Shown piece after piece: positions 51,490 through 61,344 of a stretch of DNA of 64,000 nt. Source of the stretch: an uncultured candidatus Porisulfidus sp. (GTDB taxonomy: Bacteria; Pseudomonadota; Gammaproteobacteria; Poriferisulfidales; Poriferisulfidaceae); NCBI GenBank assembly GCA_965204575.1, contig OZ241993.1:608001-672000 (forward strand), in the 5' to 3' direction. Position numbers and translations under genes: made by a program. Positions within the stretch are counted from its first letter, which is position 1, and every line of letters begins with the position of its first letter. The notes below the pieces were generated by a model. It was not told the origin of the DNA. It saw nothing but the letters and a program-made list of their open reading frames with translations, and did not search any database.

Positions 51490-54400
51490 TTATCGGTCAG
51501 GTTGCTCCTCTTGCTGTTTGAAATGGCGGCCTTCCCACAGGCAGTAAACCACCGGGATCGCGATGAGGCTCAGGATCAGTGTTGAGGACATGCCGCCAAC
51601 CATGGGCAGGGCGATGCGCCGCATTACGTCCGAACCCAGACCCTCGGTGAGGAATATCGGAATCAGGCCCGCGATAATGATCAGCGCTGTCATCAGTATG
51701 GGGCGAACGCGCAACACGGCCCCCCGCATGATGGCTTCAAGAAGTTCCGTGTGGTTCGCCGGTGTGTGCTGGCGCACCTGCTGGTCGATGTAAAGCAGCA
51801 TGACGACCGCAATCTCGGCGACGATTCCTCCGAGTGCGATAAAACCGACTCCCACTGCAACGGAGAAATGATAATCTGCCAGATAAAGCGCCCAGACTCC
51901 CCCAATCAGGCCGAATGGCAAGGATAGCATCACCATGAGTGTGCGATCCAGCCTGCCGAAATGCAGCATGAGCAGCACGAAGATGATCAGGATGGCCGAC
52001 GGGACGGCAATCTGCATTCGCGCCTTCGCCTCCAGCAACTGCTCGAACTGCCCGGACCATTCAATTGCGTAACCTGTGGGCAGTTTCACTTTTTCCGCCA
52101 CCCTGTTCTGGGCCGCGTCCACGTAGGATCCAATGTCCCGGTCCGCAATGTCCACGAATACCCAACCGGTGAGTCGCGCGTTTTCGGATTTGATCATCGG
52201 CGGACCTTCGACGAACTCGATGCTGGCCAATTCGCCCAGCGGGATATGTTGTCCCTGCGGGGTCGGCACCAGAATATCGGCCAGGTCTTCCGGGTATTCG
52301 CGGAAGGGTCGCTCGTAGCGCAGCATGATGTTGTAGCGTTCACGTCCCTGAACCGATTCGGAAATCTTCATGCCGCCCAGCGCGGTCTGGATGATGCGCT
52401 GGAACATGCCTAGGTCGATGTTCTGCCGCGCCAATTCATTCCGATCGGGATTGATTTCCAGGTATTTCCCGCCGACCACCCGATCGGCGAAAGCGGAACG
52501 CGTTCCTCCAACGTTCTTGATAGCGGCTTCCACGTCCAGCGCGATCCGGCTGATCTCATTCAAGTCCGCTCCGGAGATTTTGATTCCGACCGGTGTGCGA
52601 ATGCCGGTAGAAATCATGTCTGTGCGGATTTTTATCGGATAACCCCAGCTGTTGACCAAGCCGGGGAGCCTCACCCGTTTATCCAGGTCTTCAATAAGCC
52701 CCTCGACGGTGAGCCCGTCGCGCCATTCGTCCTGGGGCTTGAGCCGTATCCAGCTCTCGATCATTGAAATCGGGGCTGGGTCGGTCGCGGTGTCCGCACG
52801 CCCGACCTTGCCGAAGACCGTCTCTACCTCGGGGACCGTCTTGATCAGGCGGTTGGTCTGGGCCAGGATTTCCTTGGCCTTGGTGATCGACACGCCGGGC
52901 AGGGTGGTTGGCATGTAGAGCAGCTCTCCCTCGTAAAGGGCCGGCATGAACTCCGAGCCGATGCGGGAAAGGGGCAGAGTCATGCTCGCCAACAGCAACC
53001 CGATGACGGTCACCGTCATCCACTTGCGGTGCAGTGCGGCCGACAGCAGAGGCGTGTAGAGTCCGACAAGCCCGCGGTTGATCGGGTTGCCTTCTTCGCG
53101 GTGGATCCTGCCGCGGATCAGCCACTGCATCAATACAGGGACGAGCGTGATCGAAAGAATGGCCGCGAACGCCATGGCGTAGGTCTTGGTGAACGCCAGA
53201 GGCGAGAACAGGCGGAAAGATTGCCCGGTCAGGGCAAAGACCGGCAGGAACGACACCGTGATGATCAACAGCGAGAAGAACAGCCCGGGCCCCACTTCCT
53301 TGGCGGCCAGCAGGATGGCCGCGCGTTTGTCTTCCGTGCTGGCGCCTTTGGCCATGTGGGAGAGTTTCCGGTGGGCGTTTTCGACCATCACGACGGAGGC
53401 GTCGACCATGGCCCCGACGGCGATCGCAATGCCCCCCAGGGACATGATGTTGGCGGTGATACCTTGGGCCGACATCACGATAAAGGCCGCCAGTATGCCT
53501 AGCGGCAACGTGACAATGGCCACAAACGCGGATCGGACATGGAGCAGGAAGACCAGGCAGATCAGTGCGACAGCGATTCCTTCCTCGATCAGTTTTGCGG
53601 TCAGGTAATCGATTGCCCCCTCGATCAGCGGGGCGCGGTCGTAAACGGCCTGGATCTCCACCCCCTGGGGCAGGCCGAGCTTCAGTTCTTCCAGTTTTTC
53701 CTTGACTTCCTTGATGACGGACAAGGCGTTCTCCCCCGAACGCATGACGATCACGCCTCCGACCACTTCGCCTTCGCCATCGAGTTCCACCACGCCGCGG
53801 CGCAGCTCCGGTCCTTCGACGACGTGCGCCACGTCCGACAGGGCCACCGGCGTGCCATTCTTGGCGTAGACCACGACCTTCTCCAGTTCTTCTAGGCCGG
53901 TGATATAGCCCTTGGAGCGGATCATCAGCTCCGTTTCGCCCTGTTCGATGACGCGTCCGCCGACTTCCTTGCTGGCGGCACTGACGGCACCCACGATGCG
54001 GTGCAACGGGACGTCGTAGGCACGCAGGCGGTTGGGGTCGACCAGTACCTGGTACTCCTTGACGAATCCGCCGACCGAGGCCACTTCGGACACGCCATCG
54101 ACCGTGGCCAACTCGAGCTTCAGAAACCAGTCCTGCAGGGAGCGGAGGTAGGCCAGGTCGTACTTGCCGGTCTTGTCCACCAGGGCATACTGATAAATCC
54201 AGCCCATGCCGGTGGCATCCGGCCCGATTTGCGAAGTGGCGTCCCGTGGCAGGTCTCCCTGGATTTTGGAGAGCGCCTCGACGACCCGGCTGCGCGCCCA
54301 GTACTGATCGACGTCATCTTCAAAGATGATGTAGACGAAAGACGTGCCGAACATGGAAAACCCGCGTACGTCCTTGGTCTTGGGGAGCCCGAGCATGGTG

Positions 54401-54657
54401 GTGGACAAGGGGTAGGTCACCAGGTCCTCGACGATTTGCGGGGACTGGCCGGGGAAATCCGTGCGGATGATGACCTGCGTGTCCGACAAGTCCGGAATGG
54501 CATCGAGCGGCATGTTTTTCAACGAGATCCAGCCGGCCACCAGCAAGGCTGCTGTGGCCATGATGATCAGCAGCGGGTTGCTTGACGACCACCCGATGAT
54601 CTTGGCGGTCCCCGACCGGGTCGGGTCGTCGCTCAGGTGGGCGCTAGTGATGCGCAT
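51490..54657 (-). CDS. cusA: CusA heavy-metal RND efflux pump (Cu+/Ag+)
   Basis: LDAIPDLSDTQV, GPDATGMGW, Met triad in EFMP / DPAPISM / TDMIS, RVRPILMT. Confidence 0.93.
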   Translation of the reverse strand: MRITSAHLSDDPTRSGTAKIIGWSSSNPLLIIMATAALLVAGWISLKNMPLDAIPDLSDTQVIIRTDFPGQSPQIVEDLVTYPLSTTMLGLPKTKDVRGFSMFGTSFVYIIFEDDVDQYWARSRVVEALSKIQGDLPRDATSQIGPDATGMGWIYQYALVDKTGKYDLAYLRSLQDWFLKLELATVDGVSEVASVGGFVKEYQVLVDPNRLRAYDVPLHRIVGAVSAASKEVGGRVIEQGETELMIRSKGYITGLEELEKVVVYAKNGTPVALSDVAHVVEGPELRRGVVELDGEGEVVGGVIVMRSGENALSVIKEVKEKLEELKLGLPQGVEIQAVYDRAPLIEGAIDYLTAKLIEEGIAVALICLVFLLHVRSAFVAIVTLPLGILAAFIVMSAQGITANIMSLGGIAIAVGAMVDASVVMVENAHRKLSHMAKGASTEDKRAAILLAAKEVGPGLFFSLLIITVSFLPVFALTGQSFRLFSPLAFTKTYAMAFAAILSITLVPVLMQWLIRGRIHREEGNPINRGLVGLYTPLLSAALHRKWMTVTVIGLLLASMTLPLSRIGSEFMPALYEGELLYMPTTLPGVSITKAKEILAQTNRLIKTVPEVETVFGKVGRADTATDPAPISMIESWIRLKPQDEWRDGLTVEGLIEDLDKRVRLPGLVNSWGYPIKIRTDMISTGIRTPVGIKISGADLNEISRIALDVEAAIKNVGGTRSAFADRVVGGKYLEINPDRNELARQNIDLGMFQRIIQTALGGMKISESVQGRERYNIMLRYERPFREYPEDLADILVPTPQGQHIPLGELASIEFVEGPPMIKSENARLTGWVFVDIADRDIGSYVDAAQNRVAEKVKLPTGYAIEWSGQFEQLLEAKARMQIAVPSAILIIFVLLMLHFGRLDRTLMVMLSLPFGLIGGVWALYLADYHFSVAVGVGFIALGGIVAEIAVVMLLYIDQQVRQHTPANHTELLEAIMRGAVLRVRPILMTALIIIAGLIPIFLTEGLGSDVMRRIALPMVGGMSSTLILSLIAIPVVYCLWEGRHFKQQEEQPDR

Positions 54658-56221
54658 GGCCGCCTCCTGCGGGTGCCGTGACCACAGGAGGTTCAACCCC
54701 CTTTATCTCGTCAGGCAATTCCACCTGCACCGCATGGCCTTCGCCATAGGGATGCCGCATTTCGCCATCCGGCTGAAGCCAGTAATTGCCGGTTCCATGA
54801 TCCAGATAAAGCCGGATGCCTTTGTCCTTGTAGTGCTTCGGCCGGCCTTCGGTAATCCACGATTTCAAGGCTGCCACCAATCCGGCAAGCGCATGCTGTT
54901 GCTCTTCTTTCGTAGTGGCCTCCAGCGCGGCTGCCAGGGCTTTGCTGGAATCCTCCAGGATGAATTGCAGTTTTGTGCCACGGAATTCCGACAACAGTTG
55001 GCGATTCAGTTGCAAGGCGCTCTTCAATATTTCAGGTTCGGGATCAAGCATGGCAGTCTCCGCTTCATGCAGATGCAGCGCCGCATCGACCAACTGATCA
55101 ACCATCGCCAGCTGCTCCCTGCTGACTTCCAGCAGCGCCAGCGGCGTTTGCACTTTCTGCAGCTTGCGGAAGGATTCCCGTAGGGCGCTTTCCGAATCGA
55201 TCAGAAACTGGCTGCTGACCACGATTTTTTCACCTTCTTCCAATCCGCGTACGACTTCCGTTCGCCCTTTGTTGTGAATCCCTGTCTGGATTCTTTGCGA
55301 CCGGAACCTTCCTTCGCCCAGCGCAACGATGACGAAATCACCCTCCGAACTTTTGAGGATGGCCTCCGACGGGATGCTCAGACGCTTTTCGACGTGGGTC
55401 TCGAACAACACGTCGGTGTAGGCGCCGGGCTTGAGCGCGCCGTTCCGGTTGTCCAGCACTAGGCGCACCTGGCCGGTGCGACTGTCCAGGTCGATGGTCG
55501 GGTAGATATAGTCGATTCGCGCGGTGCGTTCGACATTGCCCAGGTTCGGGAATGTCACGGTGGCTTTGCCGCCTTTTTCCAGGAACTGGAGATCCTTCTC
55601 CGCCACGCTGACCTCGATCCAGACGGAACGGTAGTCCTGGATGTTGGCAATCTGCATGCCGGGGGTGACGTAGCTTCCCTTGTTGGCCATCAATTGGCTG
55701 ACGGTGCCGGTCGTCTCCGCATAGAAGGGGAGTCGCTCGAGTTTCCGGCGTTCAGCCTTGATCTGTTTCAGCGCCTTTTTGCCCACGCCCAATGATTGCA
55801 GGCGCTTCGCGCTGGAGTTGATCCGCCCTTTATTGCCGGTGGCGATGGCGGCGAGATAGTCCTGCTGGGCAGAGATCAGGTCAGGGCTGTACAGTGTGAA
55901 GAGCAGGTCGCCTTCCCTGACCTCGTCGCCCACCGCAGTGATTTCCAGGTCTTCTATCCATCCTGCGACACGGCTTGAAATAACGTACGCGTTTCTCACG
56001 TTTTCCGTGACTAGGCCATAGCTCCTGATATTGGCGCCGAAGTTGGCCAGAGCCGCTTTTTCCGTGCGCACCCCGATGCTCTGGATCGTTTCCGGCGCGA
56101 TGACCACGGCGGTCTTTGCGGCAGCGGAATCCGATTCCATGCCACTGGCGGGTCCGCTTTCGGCCCATGCCGGATTCATGGCGAGGGCCAGCGTGGCCCA
56201 CAAAATATTATTGGCTTTCAT
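54644..56221 (-). CDS. cusB: CusB membrane-fusion protein with C-terminal extension
   Basis: IGVRT, GWIEDL, LYSPDLISAQQDY, YIYPT, QFLIDSES; His-rich tail; ATG at 56221. Confidence 0.88.
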   Translation of the reverse strand: MKANNILWATLALAMNPAWAESGPASGMESDSAAAKTAVVIAPETIQSIGVRTEKAALANFGANIRSYGLVTENVRNAYVISSRVAGWIEDLEITAVGDEVREGDLLFTLYSPDLISAQQDYLAAIATGNKGRINSSAKRLQSLGVGKKALKQIKAERRKLERLPFYAETTGTVSQLMANKGSYVTPGMQIANIQDYRSVWIEVSVAEKDLQFLEKGGKATVTFPNLGNVERTARIDYIYPTIDLDSRTGQVRLVLDNRNGALKPGAYTDVLFETHVEKRLSIPSEAILKSSEGDFVIVALGEGRFRSQRIQTGIHNKGRTEVVRGLEEGEKIVVSSQFLIDSESALRESFRKLQKVQTPLALLEVSREQLAMVDQLVDAALHLHEAETAMLDPEPEILKSALQLNRQLLSEFRGTKLQFILEDSSKALAAALEATTKEEQQHALAGLVAALKSWITEGRPKHYKDKGIRLYLDHGTGNYWLQPDGEMRHPYGEGHAVQVELPDEIKGVEPPVVTAPAGGGHAHH

Positions 56222-57434
56222 GGTGTCCCTCCACGATATGGCTGTTGAACCGAGCGGACAGCCGGACGTGCCGGCTCCGCTGTTCCGCCAGTTGTGCGGC
56301 AATGATCCGGGCATCAATCTGCGTCTCGAGCACAGATTCCAGCGAGACATTGCCGGATTCGTAATCGCGTTCCGCCGCTTCTGTCTTTTCCTGGAGGGCG
56401 GAGGCCTTCTCCTGAAGCAGTGCGATGTTGTCCAAGGTGGCATTGCGCTCGGCCTTGAGGGCGGCCATGCGTCCCACCCATTCGCGCCGGACGTCCTCGT
56501 AGGCGTACTTGGCGCTGCGTTTTCCTGCTTGTGCCGCCCGCAATTTCGGCTTTTGGTTGGAGGTGGCCCATAGAGGGATGGAGACGGTCGCCTGCACGCT
56601 GACCCAATCGTCCCCGGAAAATCCTGCGCCGGATTCACGCTGCTTGTAGATTGCCTGTACTCCATAGGTGGGACCGAAGGCCGCATCTGCCACGTCCACG
56701 TCCTTGGCGGCGACCCGCACGTCTTCTGCGGCAATGCGCACCGGGTAGAGCGCCGTTCCATCGCGGCCCCATGGGATTTCCGGAATTGAAGGGATAGGGA
56801 TGGATGGCACCTCGTCGACCAAGCGGACGAGCTCCTCCTCAATGGCCACACGCTCGACTTTCAGATCGTTCAGGCGTTGTTCCACTCCGGCGCGGTCAAC
56901 GTCAATTTCGGAGAATCTCCCGTAAACGGGACTGCCTGCCTCCAGCCGGCCCTGCATATCCTCCTCCATTGCGCGGTAAAGTTCCAACTGTTCTCCAGCC
57001 AGCCTCTCCAGGGTTTTGACCTTGTCCAGTTCAGCCAACTGGCCAATGAGGATGGATTCCAGCCGCTTCCGCGTATAGTTGGCGACCAAGCTTTGACGCT
57101 TGGCGAGGCTTTCCTGTTTGCTGGATCGGGCTTTGCGCAGGGAATAGCCAGGGATTTGCTGTCGGATTCCCAGAACTTTCGAAGTGGGCAAGAACCGGCC
57201 GAACGCCGGGCTATTGATTGGCACGTTCTCCGCACCAAAAATGATCTGCGGGTCCGGAAGACCCATTTCACTGTCGGACAGTTCCTCGAAACGGGTACTC
57301 TGCTCCAGGATGCTCGTGACCTGGGGGTGTTCGGCCAATTGCCGGGCGTAGCTTTCCAGCGTCTCGGCGTTTGCCTGTGCCGTCCCCAGGGAGATGGCCA
57401 GTCCTGTTATGGCCCAAAGGCGTTTTGTAACCAC
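56208..57434 (-). CDS. TolC/CusC-family outer membrane efflux protein
   Basis: Signal peptide, LPDPQI, QQIPG, SIPLW, YESG; first large gene of the cus operon. Confidence 0.85.
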   Translation of the reverse strand: MVTKRLWAITGLAISLGTAQANAETLESYARQLAEHPQVTSILEQSTRFEELSDSEMGLPDPQIIFGAENVPINSPAFGRFLPTSKVLGIRQQIPGYSLRKARSSKQESLAKRQSLVANYTRKRLESILIGQLAELDKVKTLERLAGEQLELYRAMEEDMQGRLEAGSPVYGRFSEIDVDRAGVEQRLNDLKVERVAIEEELVRLVDEVPSIPIPSIPEIPWGRDGTALYPVRIAAEDVRVAAKDVDVADAAFGPTYGVQAIYKQRESGAGFSGDDWVSVQATVSIPLWATSNQKPKLRAAQAGKRSAKYAYEDVRREWVGRMAALKAERNATLDNIALLQEKASALQEKTEAAERDYESGNVSLESVLETQIDARIIAAQLAEQRSRHVRLSARFNSHIVEGHHESQ

Positions 57435-57511
57435 AATAACCTCCTAATCGGTTGTTTCCCGGTACGCGCATGGCGCACCGATACTTTCTGGGACACCTTG
57501 CGGTGTCTGGA

Positions 57512-57883
57512 TCAGGAGGTGTGTTTAGGAGGGTAGTCTATGCCGTAGGAAAGAGGGGATTTTGGCACTTTGGCGGAAAAGCCGTGCCCCCCGTCTTCGG
57601 AGGCCAGATCCATTCCCGGGCTATTGAGCAAAGGAGTCTGGGGAGAAACCTGACAGTGACCGTATGCGCAATGGTCGCAGTCGGGCAGGTTCCCTTGATG
57701 GGACCCGTCAACGTCGGATGCCGGGTCCGGCCCATCCGCATCGTGGCACTGCATGTCCACCTTCACGGTTTCGGCCGGAATCGTATTGACGCAATCGCAC
57801 GAGGCCGCGAAAGCCGCAGCATAGGCATTCGCCGCGAATGCCATCGCGATCAACGAAACCCAAGCAATTTTATTGTTCCGCAT
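57512..57883 (-). CDS. Small exported Cys/His-rich protein upstream of the cus operon
   Basis: Signal peptide, CDC, MQCH, CDHC..HC, C-terminal YPPK. Confidence 0.65.
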   Translation of the reverse strand: MRNNKIAWVSLIAMAFAANAYAAAFAASCDCVNTIPAETVKVDMQCHDADGPDPASDVDGSHQGNLPDCDHCAYGHCQVSPQTPLLNSPGMDLASEDGGHGFSAKVPKSPLSYGIDYPPKHTS

Positions 57884-57915
57884 AAATCCCACTATACCAT
57901 TGTTTCCGCATGTTT

Positions 57916-58189
57916 TTATGGATTGTATCCCGTAACTGCTTTCACTTACAGAAATTCCTCGAGACCGTACCGCCCCGATTCCCGGCCGTTCCCGGACTGC
58001 TTGTACCCTCCAAACGGCGCGCTGACATCGATGAAAGTATCGTTGAGATGCACGCCTCCGGTCCGGAGGCGGCGTGCAAGTGCGTGGGCGCGTTCAGGGT
58101 TGCTCGTCGAGGATGATGTCGGCGGATTTTCCGCCCAGTTCCTGCACGACCCGTTTGCCGTTGATGTAGAAGCGGGTCCGATGATTCAT
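57916..58189 (-). pseudogene. Aldehyde dehydrogenase remnant with two large internal deletions
   Basis: [11 protein letters not shown]|[17 protein letters not shown]| then, shifted frame, [43 protein letters not shown]. Confidence 0.85.
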
Positions 58190-58403
58190 CGCGTATTGTC
58201 TGATTTTACGATTGGCCTTGGCATGGCACTTCGTTTTGTTTGATCTGAAGACCTAAATTATGGCGAAGTCTTTTCCCACGTGACAGTCCTACCTACATTT
58301 ACTGGTGTCGAGGTGTTGTTTGCCGCGTAGTTGTCATGATCCAAACTTGCTGTAATGCAGCCTAGAGGAAAAGAAGCAGCAAGATGAAATAAAACTTGTA
58401 TTA

Positions 58404-60068
58404 TTATTTTTTTGATGGCATCGAGCCTTGGCAGAGTTGCATCATGTTTACATGAATTCTTTCAGACCGTGCATTAATGAAACCCTCGAAATTGCCATTT
58501 AGTAGTTCATCATATGGGATCAGGTGACTTTCTAAACGTAACTTTACTTCTTCTTCAGTTGCGTTGGCATCTGCAGCTCGTTCCTGAAGGTATTCCTTGG
58601 GCGTTTTTGCTGCAATTTTTCGATTAGTTTTCCATGAAATGAGTGCACAGTTCAGGGCTGAATTGACAAGGTGATCAGGGTGGTCATTTTCGATCAAACT
58701 TTTTGGAAAGACATGGTGATATTCTCTAGATCGAACTTTATCAGCGGTTGCTTTTGCTCCATCAGCAAAATCATAACCCCCTCCATATAAAGAAACTGCA
58801 ATAATCGCACGGCCAAGCCTATCCTTACGTCCTGGCCAACCGCCTCGTAATAATTCGTCTGCAGTCGGAAGGGCGTTTTGGTCTTCGTCGAAAAGGTCAG
58901 GCAATAAATTCGAACTTGGGTTTTTAATCAAGTCGGACATGGCTTTATAGTCAGAAAAAGCCCTAGTTGTTGCAGTTTTAAGATAGCGGTCGGTGAAGCT
59001 TGCCCTCCAGATTGCCTTGCGGATTTGAGTACGGGCGCGTCCTTCTTCATCTGTGCCATCTACTGGTACATCGGCCCAGAGCGCGGAAGTCAAGTAAATA
59101 ATAACCTCTGTTGGAAGAAGCTTTTCATTAAAGATTGCTTCATCGCGCAAGAACTCCACACCTCTAGATAAGCCGGAAACAACTCTATTCCAAACGTTTG
59201 CTAGTTCTCTGCCAAATACGGGGTCTAGATAAGTGCGCTTCAAAGGCGGCTTACCATTGAGGAGGGCTCCAACGGCCAAAGCGATATCTTCTGCTTTGCC
59301 GTAATCACGAATACTCGGTATTTCTTCATAAAGATTTTGGATCATATCGTGGAGAGAATTTCCCATAGCCCCTTCAAGTTGGGCGACCACGATATCGAAA
59401 TCTTTTAATGGTGACGCAGACGTATTCATCTTAATAAAGACGTCTAGGGCGGTTTCCTTATCGGTGCCAACTGGGAGAGAGAGAAAAGGGATCGGATAGG
59501 AGGCGAGTCGCTGGCGCAGTTTCATGATGATTTTGTCTGTCGCCTTGTCTGTTCCTGCCTTCTCCGTCCAAGAATCCATCGCCTTTTCACCTTTAGAACC
59601 GGGGCAAAGTAGTGATGCTGGAAAATATTTCCTCTCAAAAGTCCCAGCCGGATCATCAGCCCATAGAGGCATACGCATGCCGTATTTTGATGAATAACGC
59701 CGACAAATCTCTACTTCAAGATGTTCTTCATTTTCTAAAGAAACAAAAACGGTGAAATCTTCGTAGTTGTCAGTGAGCGCGCGCCAAAGAGCTGTCATTC
59801 GTTGCTGCCCATCCAAAAGGTTCATCTGTGGCTTGCTATTCGACTCAGGTGCCCCTGAAATTGGACGGGAGACAAAAAGTTGCTCGTCACCCACCTCAAG
59901 GACCAATAGTGCTCCAATGGGTAGTGATGGTTGACGCAGGATATTTTCCAGTACGCCTTCAACTTGATTTGGTCTCCATGCCTCAAATCTCTGAAATCTG
60001 GGCAGGGTAATTTGTCCGTCACTGATCATCGCAAACCAGCCCTCAACGGTTTTTGTTCGTGCTTCCAT
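58404..60068 (-). CDS. GmrSD-like DUF262 + HNH protein (putative type IV restriction)
   Basis: LPRFQR..W, PIGALL, LLDGQQRMTAL, VFIKMNT, C-terminal EYHHVFPK..N..N; low GC. Confidence 0.82.
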   Translation of the reverse strand: MEARTKTVEGWFAMISDGQITLPRFQRFEAWRPNQVEGVLENILRQPSLPIGALLVLEVGDEQLFVSRPISGAPESNSKPQMNLLDGQQRMTALWRALTDNYEDFTVFVSLENEEHLEVEICRRYSSKYGMRMPLWADDPAGTFERKYFPASLLCPGSKGEKAMDSWTEKAGTDKATDKIIMKLRQRLASYPIPFLSLPVGTDKETALDVFIKMNTSASPLKDFDIVVAQLEGAMGNSLHDMIQNLYEEIPSIRDYGKAEDIALAVGALLNGKPPLKRTYLDPVFGRELANVWNRVVSGLSRGVEFLRDEAIFNEKLLPTEVIIYLTSALWADVPVDGTDEEGRARTQIRKAIWRASFTDRYLKTATTRAFSDYKAMSDLIKNPSSNLLPDLFDEDQNALPTADELLRGGWPGRKDRLGRAIIAVSLYGGGYDFADGAKATADKVRSREYHHVFPKSLIENDHPDHLVNSALNCALISWKTNRKIAAKTPKEYLQERAADANATEEEVKLRLESHLIPYDELLNGNFEGFINARSERIHVNMMQLCQGSMPSKK

Positions 60069-60198
60069 ATTATTTTTATTGACAGAAATGGCAGGTAAGG
60101 ATTCTAGTGTATATTCTTTTCTGCAATAAATAAGGGGAATTACCCCTTTTTCAATACATTGTTGTGTCTAAATTAGACCTTGACCGGCAATTTCAAAT

Positions 60199-61113
60199 AT
60201 GGCAGTAAAAATAACACCAAGGCTGATTTTGCTGACCTATGAAGCCACACTAAAATCATATTGGAGGAAAAATGCCTTAAGGCAATTCTTAAGAGCATCT
60301 CATATAACCGAGAAATTTCTTGCGACTTGGGCGCCCGAAGAAAGCAAACGAGAATTTTTAGATCGCCTGTTCATTAAGTTGCAGAAATCCGATAAGGGGA
60401 AATCTTTAATAGTTCAAATGGCTCTATTTCTCTCTGAACAAAATACGTTTCCAGATTTGCAAAATTGGGAAGATTCAGCCCAAAAGATATCCCTCGCAAC
60501 TAAGGCGGTTCAAGATCTAAAAAATTATCTTAAATTGCAAAGCGAAGAAATACGTGACGAGCGAGAAATTGAGGCGGTAAAAGAGCAAGCGAGGGTGAGA
60601 AATGCTGAAATCCGGAAATCGATAACAGACAAGTCTAAACTTCAACAGCGACTAGATGCAATGAATTCAGAAATCGGGACTCAAGAGGGAGGGTATAAAT
60701 TCCAAGACTGGTTTTATGATTTATTGGATTATTTTGAAATTAGCAATCGGCGGCCATATTGCACAAACGGAAGGCAAATAGACGGTTCGTTGACATATGA
60801 CGGAACGACATATCTAGTTGAGCTTAAATTTACTGGCACTCAGTCAAGTCCAACTGATATCGATTCGTTGCGATCTAAGGTTGAAGACAAAGCAGATAAC
60901 ACTATGGGAATTATGGTTTCGATATCAGGTTATTCTAGTGTGGCAGTTGATACTGCATCTGGAAGGCGAGGTCTTTTATTGCTTTTCGATGCACAACATC
61001 TCTATGTGAGTTTATCGGGAGGATTAGATTTCGGGGAAATCATTTCACGAGTAAGACGACATGCGTCTCAGACAGGTGAAGCATATCTCAAAGCTTCACA
61101 GTTTAGTGGTTAA
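60199..61113 (+). CDS. Putative PD-(D/E)xK (Mrr-like) restriction endonuclease
   Basis: GYKFQDW, QIDG...YLVELKF, GIMVSISGYS; helical N-terminal domain and coiled coil; low GC. Confidence 0.75.
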   Translation: MAVKITPRLILLTYEATLKSYWRKNALRQFLRASHITEKFLATWAPEESKREFLDRLFIKLQKSDKGKSLIVQMALFLSEQNTFPDLQNWEDSAQKISLATKAVQDLKNYLKLQSEEIRDEREIEAVKEQARVRNAEIRKSITDKSKLQQRLDAMNSEIGTQEGGYKFQDWFYDLLDYFEISNRRPYCTNGRQIDGSLTYDGTTYLVELKFTGTQSSPTDIDSLRSKVEDKADNTMGIMVSISGYSSVAVDTASGRRGLLLLFDAQHLYVSLSGGLDFGEIISRVRRHASQTGEAYLKASQFSG

Positions 61114-61239
61114 AAGGTGTAAAAAGTAGACCACCGAAAATGTCCAAATCCCTCAAAAGAAATAGCACGCAGCTACTTGCACTTATTGTTATGGGGTTTT
61201 TATTTTTCTGAGTGACTTGAGTAGCCATTTTGATTAATG

Positions 61240-61316
61240 TGGTGGGCCCGGCAGGATTCGAACCTGCGACCAAAGGATTATGAGTCCCCTGCTCTAACCG
61301 ACTGAGCTACAGGCCC
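61240..61316 (-). tRNA. ileX: tRNA-Ile2 (anticodon CAT, lysidine-modified)
   Basis: GGGCCTGTAGCTCAGTCGGTTAGAGCAGGGGACTCATAATCCTTTGGTCGCAGGTTCGAATCCTGCCGGGCCCACCA, 77 nt with CCA; acceptor stem and position after rpoD typical of Ile2 rather than Met. Confidence 0.92.
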
Positions 61317-61344
61317 ACGGATGGCGTCGGAATCCAGAGCCCGG

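Noticed and set aside
61240-61316. tRNA-Met assignment from the CAT anticodon
   Set aside because: Acceptor stem and location downstream of rpoD fit tRNA-Ile2; lacks initiator features such as the C1:A72 mismatch
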